In this document: piece after piece, positions 63,203 through 64,000 of the stretch
Layout: each line of letters opens with the position of its first letter
Numbering within the stretch: the first letter of the stretch is position 1
Assembly (NCBI RefSeq): GCF_006345805.1
Contig: NC_042997.1
Coordinates: forward strand, 113,088,001-113,152,000
Length of the DNA: 64,000 bases
Direction: 5' to 3'
Source: Octopus sinensis
Lineage: Eukaryota
The notes under the pieces: generated by a model
Told to the model about the DNA's origin: nothing
Databases searched by the model: none
The model's input: only the letters and a program-made list of their open reading frames with translations
Program-made: the position numbers and the translations under genes

Positions 63203-63771
63203 GTGGAGGCGCGTGGCTTAGTGGTTAGGGTGTCAGCATCATGATCGTAAGATTGTGGTTTTGATTCCTGGACCGGGCAATGCATTGTGTTTTTGAGCAA
63301 AACACTTCATTTCATGTTGCTCCAGTCCACTCAGCTGGCAAAAATAAGTAACACTATGATGGACTGGCATCCCGTCTAGCTGGGGAACACATACACCATT
63401 GAAACCGGTAAACTGGGCCCCGGTGAGCCTGGCTAGGCTTTAACAGGGCACATTTTGGAGGCGCTGTGGCCCAGTGGTTAGGGCAGCGGTCTCACAGTCA
63501 GAAGATCACGGTTTTAATTCCCAGACTGGGCATTGTGTATGTTTATTGAGCGAAAACACCTAAAAGTTCCAAGGGGCTCCGGCAGGGGTGGGTGGGTGGC
63601 GACCCCTGTGGTACTCTTTCGCCACAACTTTCTCTCACTCTCTCTTCTTGTTTCTTGAGTAACGCTGCAATGGACTGGCGTCCCGTCCAGCTGGGGGGAA
63701 CACATACTCCACAGAAACTGGGAAACTGGGCCCATGAGCCTGGATAGGCTTGAAAAGGGCGATGTTTATTG
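63203..63771 (+). mobile_element. Two tandem tRNA-derived SINEs sharing a 3' tail
   Basis: Heads at about 63206 and 63457, each with A and B boxes; flanked by TTATGGA(T/C)GACCAC at 63189-63202 and 63772-63785. Confidence 0.85.
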
Positions 63772-64000
63772 TTATGGACGACCACAATTTTACTTAACTT
63801 GATGTGTCTTCTCAAGCACAGCAAATTTCCAGAAGTCTCAGTCCCATGTCATTACCTCTGTGAGGCCCAAAGATCCTTTCTCACTACTTCATCCCACATG
63901 TTCCTGGGTCAACCCTTTCCGCACATTCCCTCCACAATTAATGATCAGCACTTCTTTACGCAGCTGTCCACATCCAAATGCAATGTATTTTCTTGTTTAA

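Noticed and set aside
63203-63300. tRNA gene-like sequence (also 8395, 34410-34485, 40600, 63457)
   Set aside because: A and B boxes are present, but they continue into SINE bodies and tails and no complete cloverleaf is evident; these are SINE heads.

Overview
AT-rich eukaryotic DNA that is almost entirely intronic or intergenic. The repeat content and microsatellite density point to a coleoid cephalopod (octopus-like); this is an inference. No complete protein-coding gene, tRNA, rRNA or CRISPR array is present, and most ORFs in the track are translated microsatellites. The window is a mosaic of decayed mobile elements: Tc1/mariner/pogo DNA transposons and MITEs, a hAT element, GG-terminated 8-bp-TSD (Merlin-like) elements, a non-autonomous Helitron, non-LTR retrotransposons (RTE, CR1/L2-group, R4/Dong, CRE-like, Penelope-like), a Gypsy integrase remnant and three tRNA-derived SINE families. 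The best host-gene evidence is a minus-strand terminal exon with an EF-hand loop (54994-55103). Weaker evidence suggests a divergent promoter at about 46-47 kb with candidate exons on both strands. The most unusual structures are three Penelope-type hammerhead ribozyme motifs, a 2.7-kb nested long-TIR Merlin-like pair, a telomere-repeat-bearing MITE family, Dong elements stacked in an (AAT)n tract and a two-variant 62-bp array in an RTE 3' UTR. All alignments were done by eye; boundaries without TIR or TSD support are approximate.
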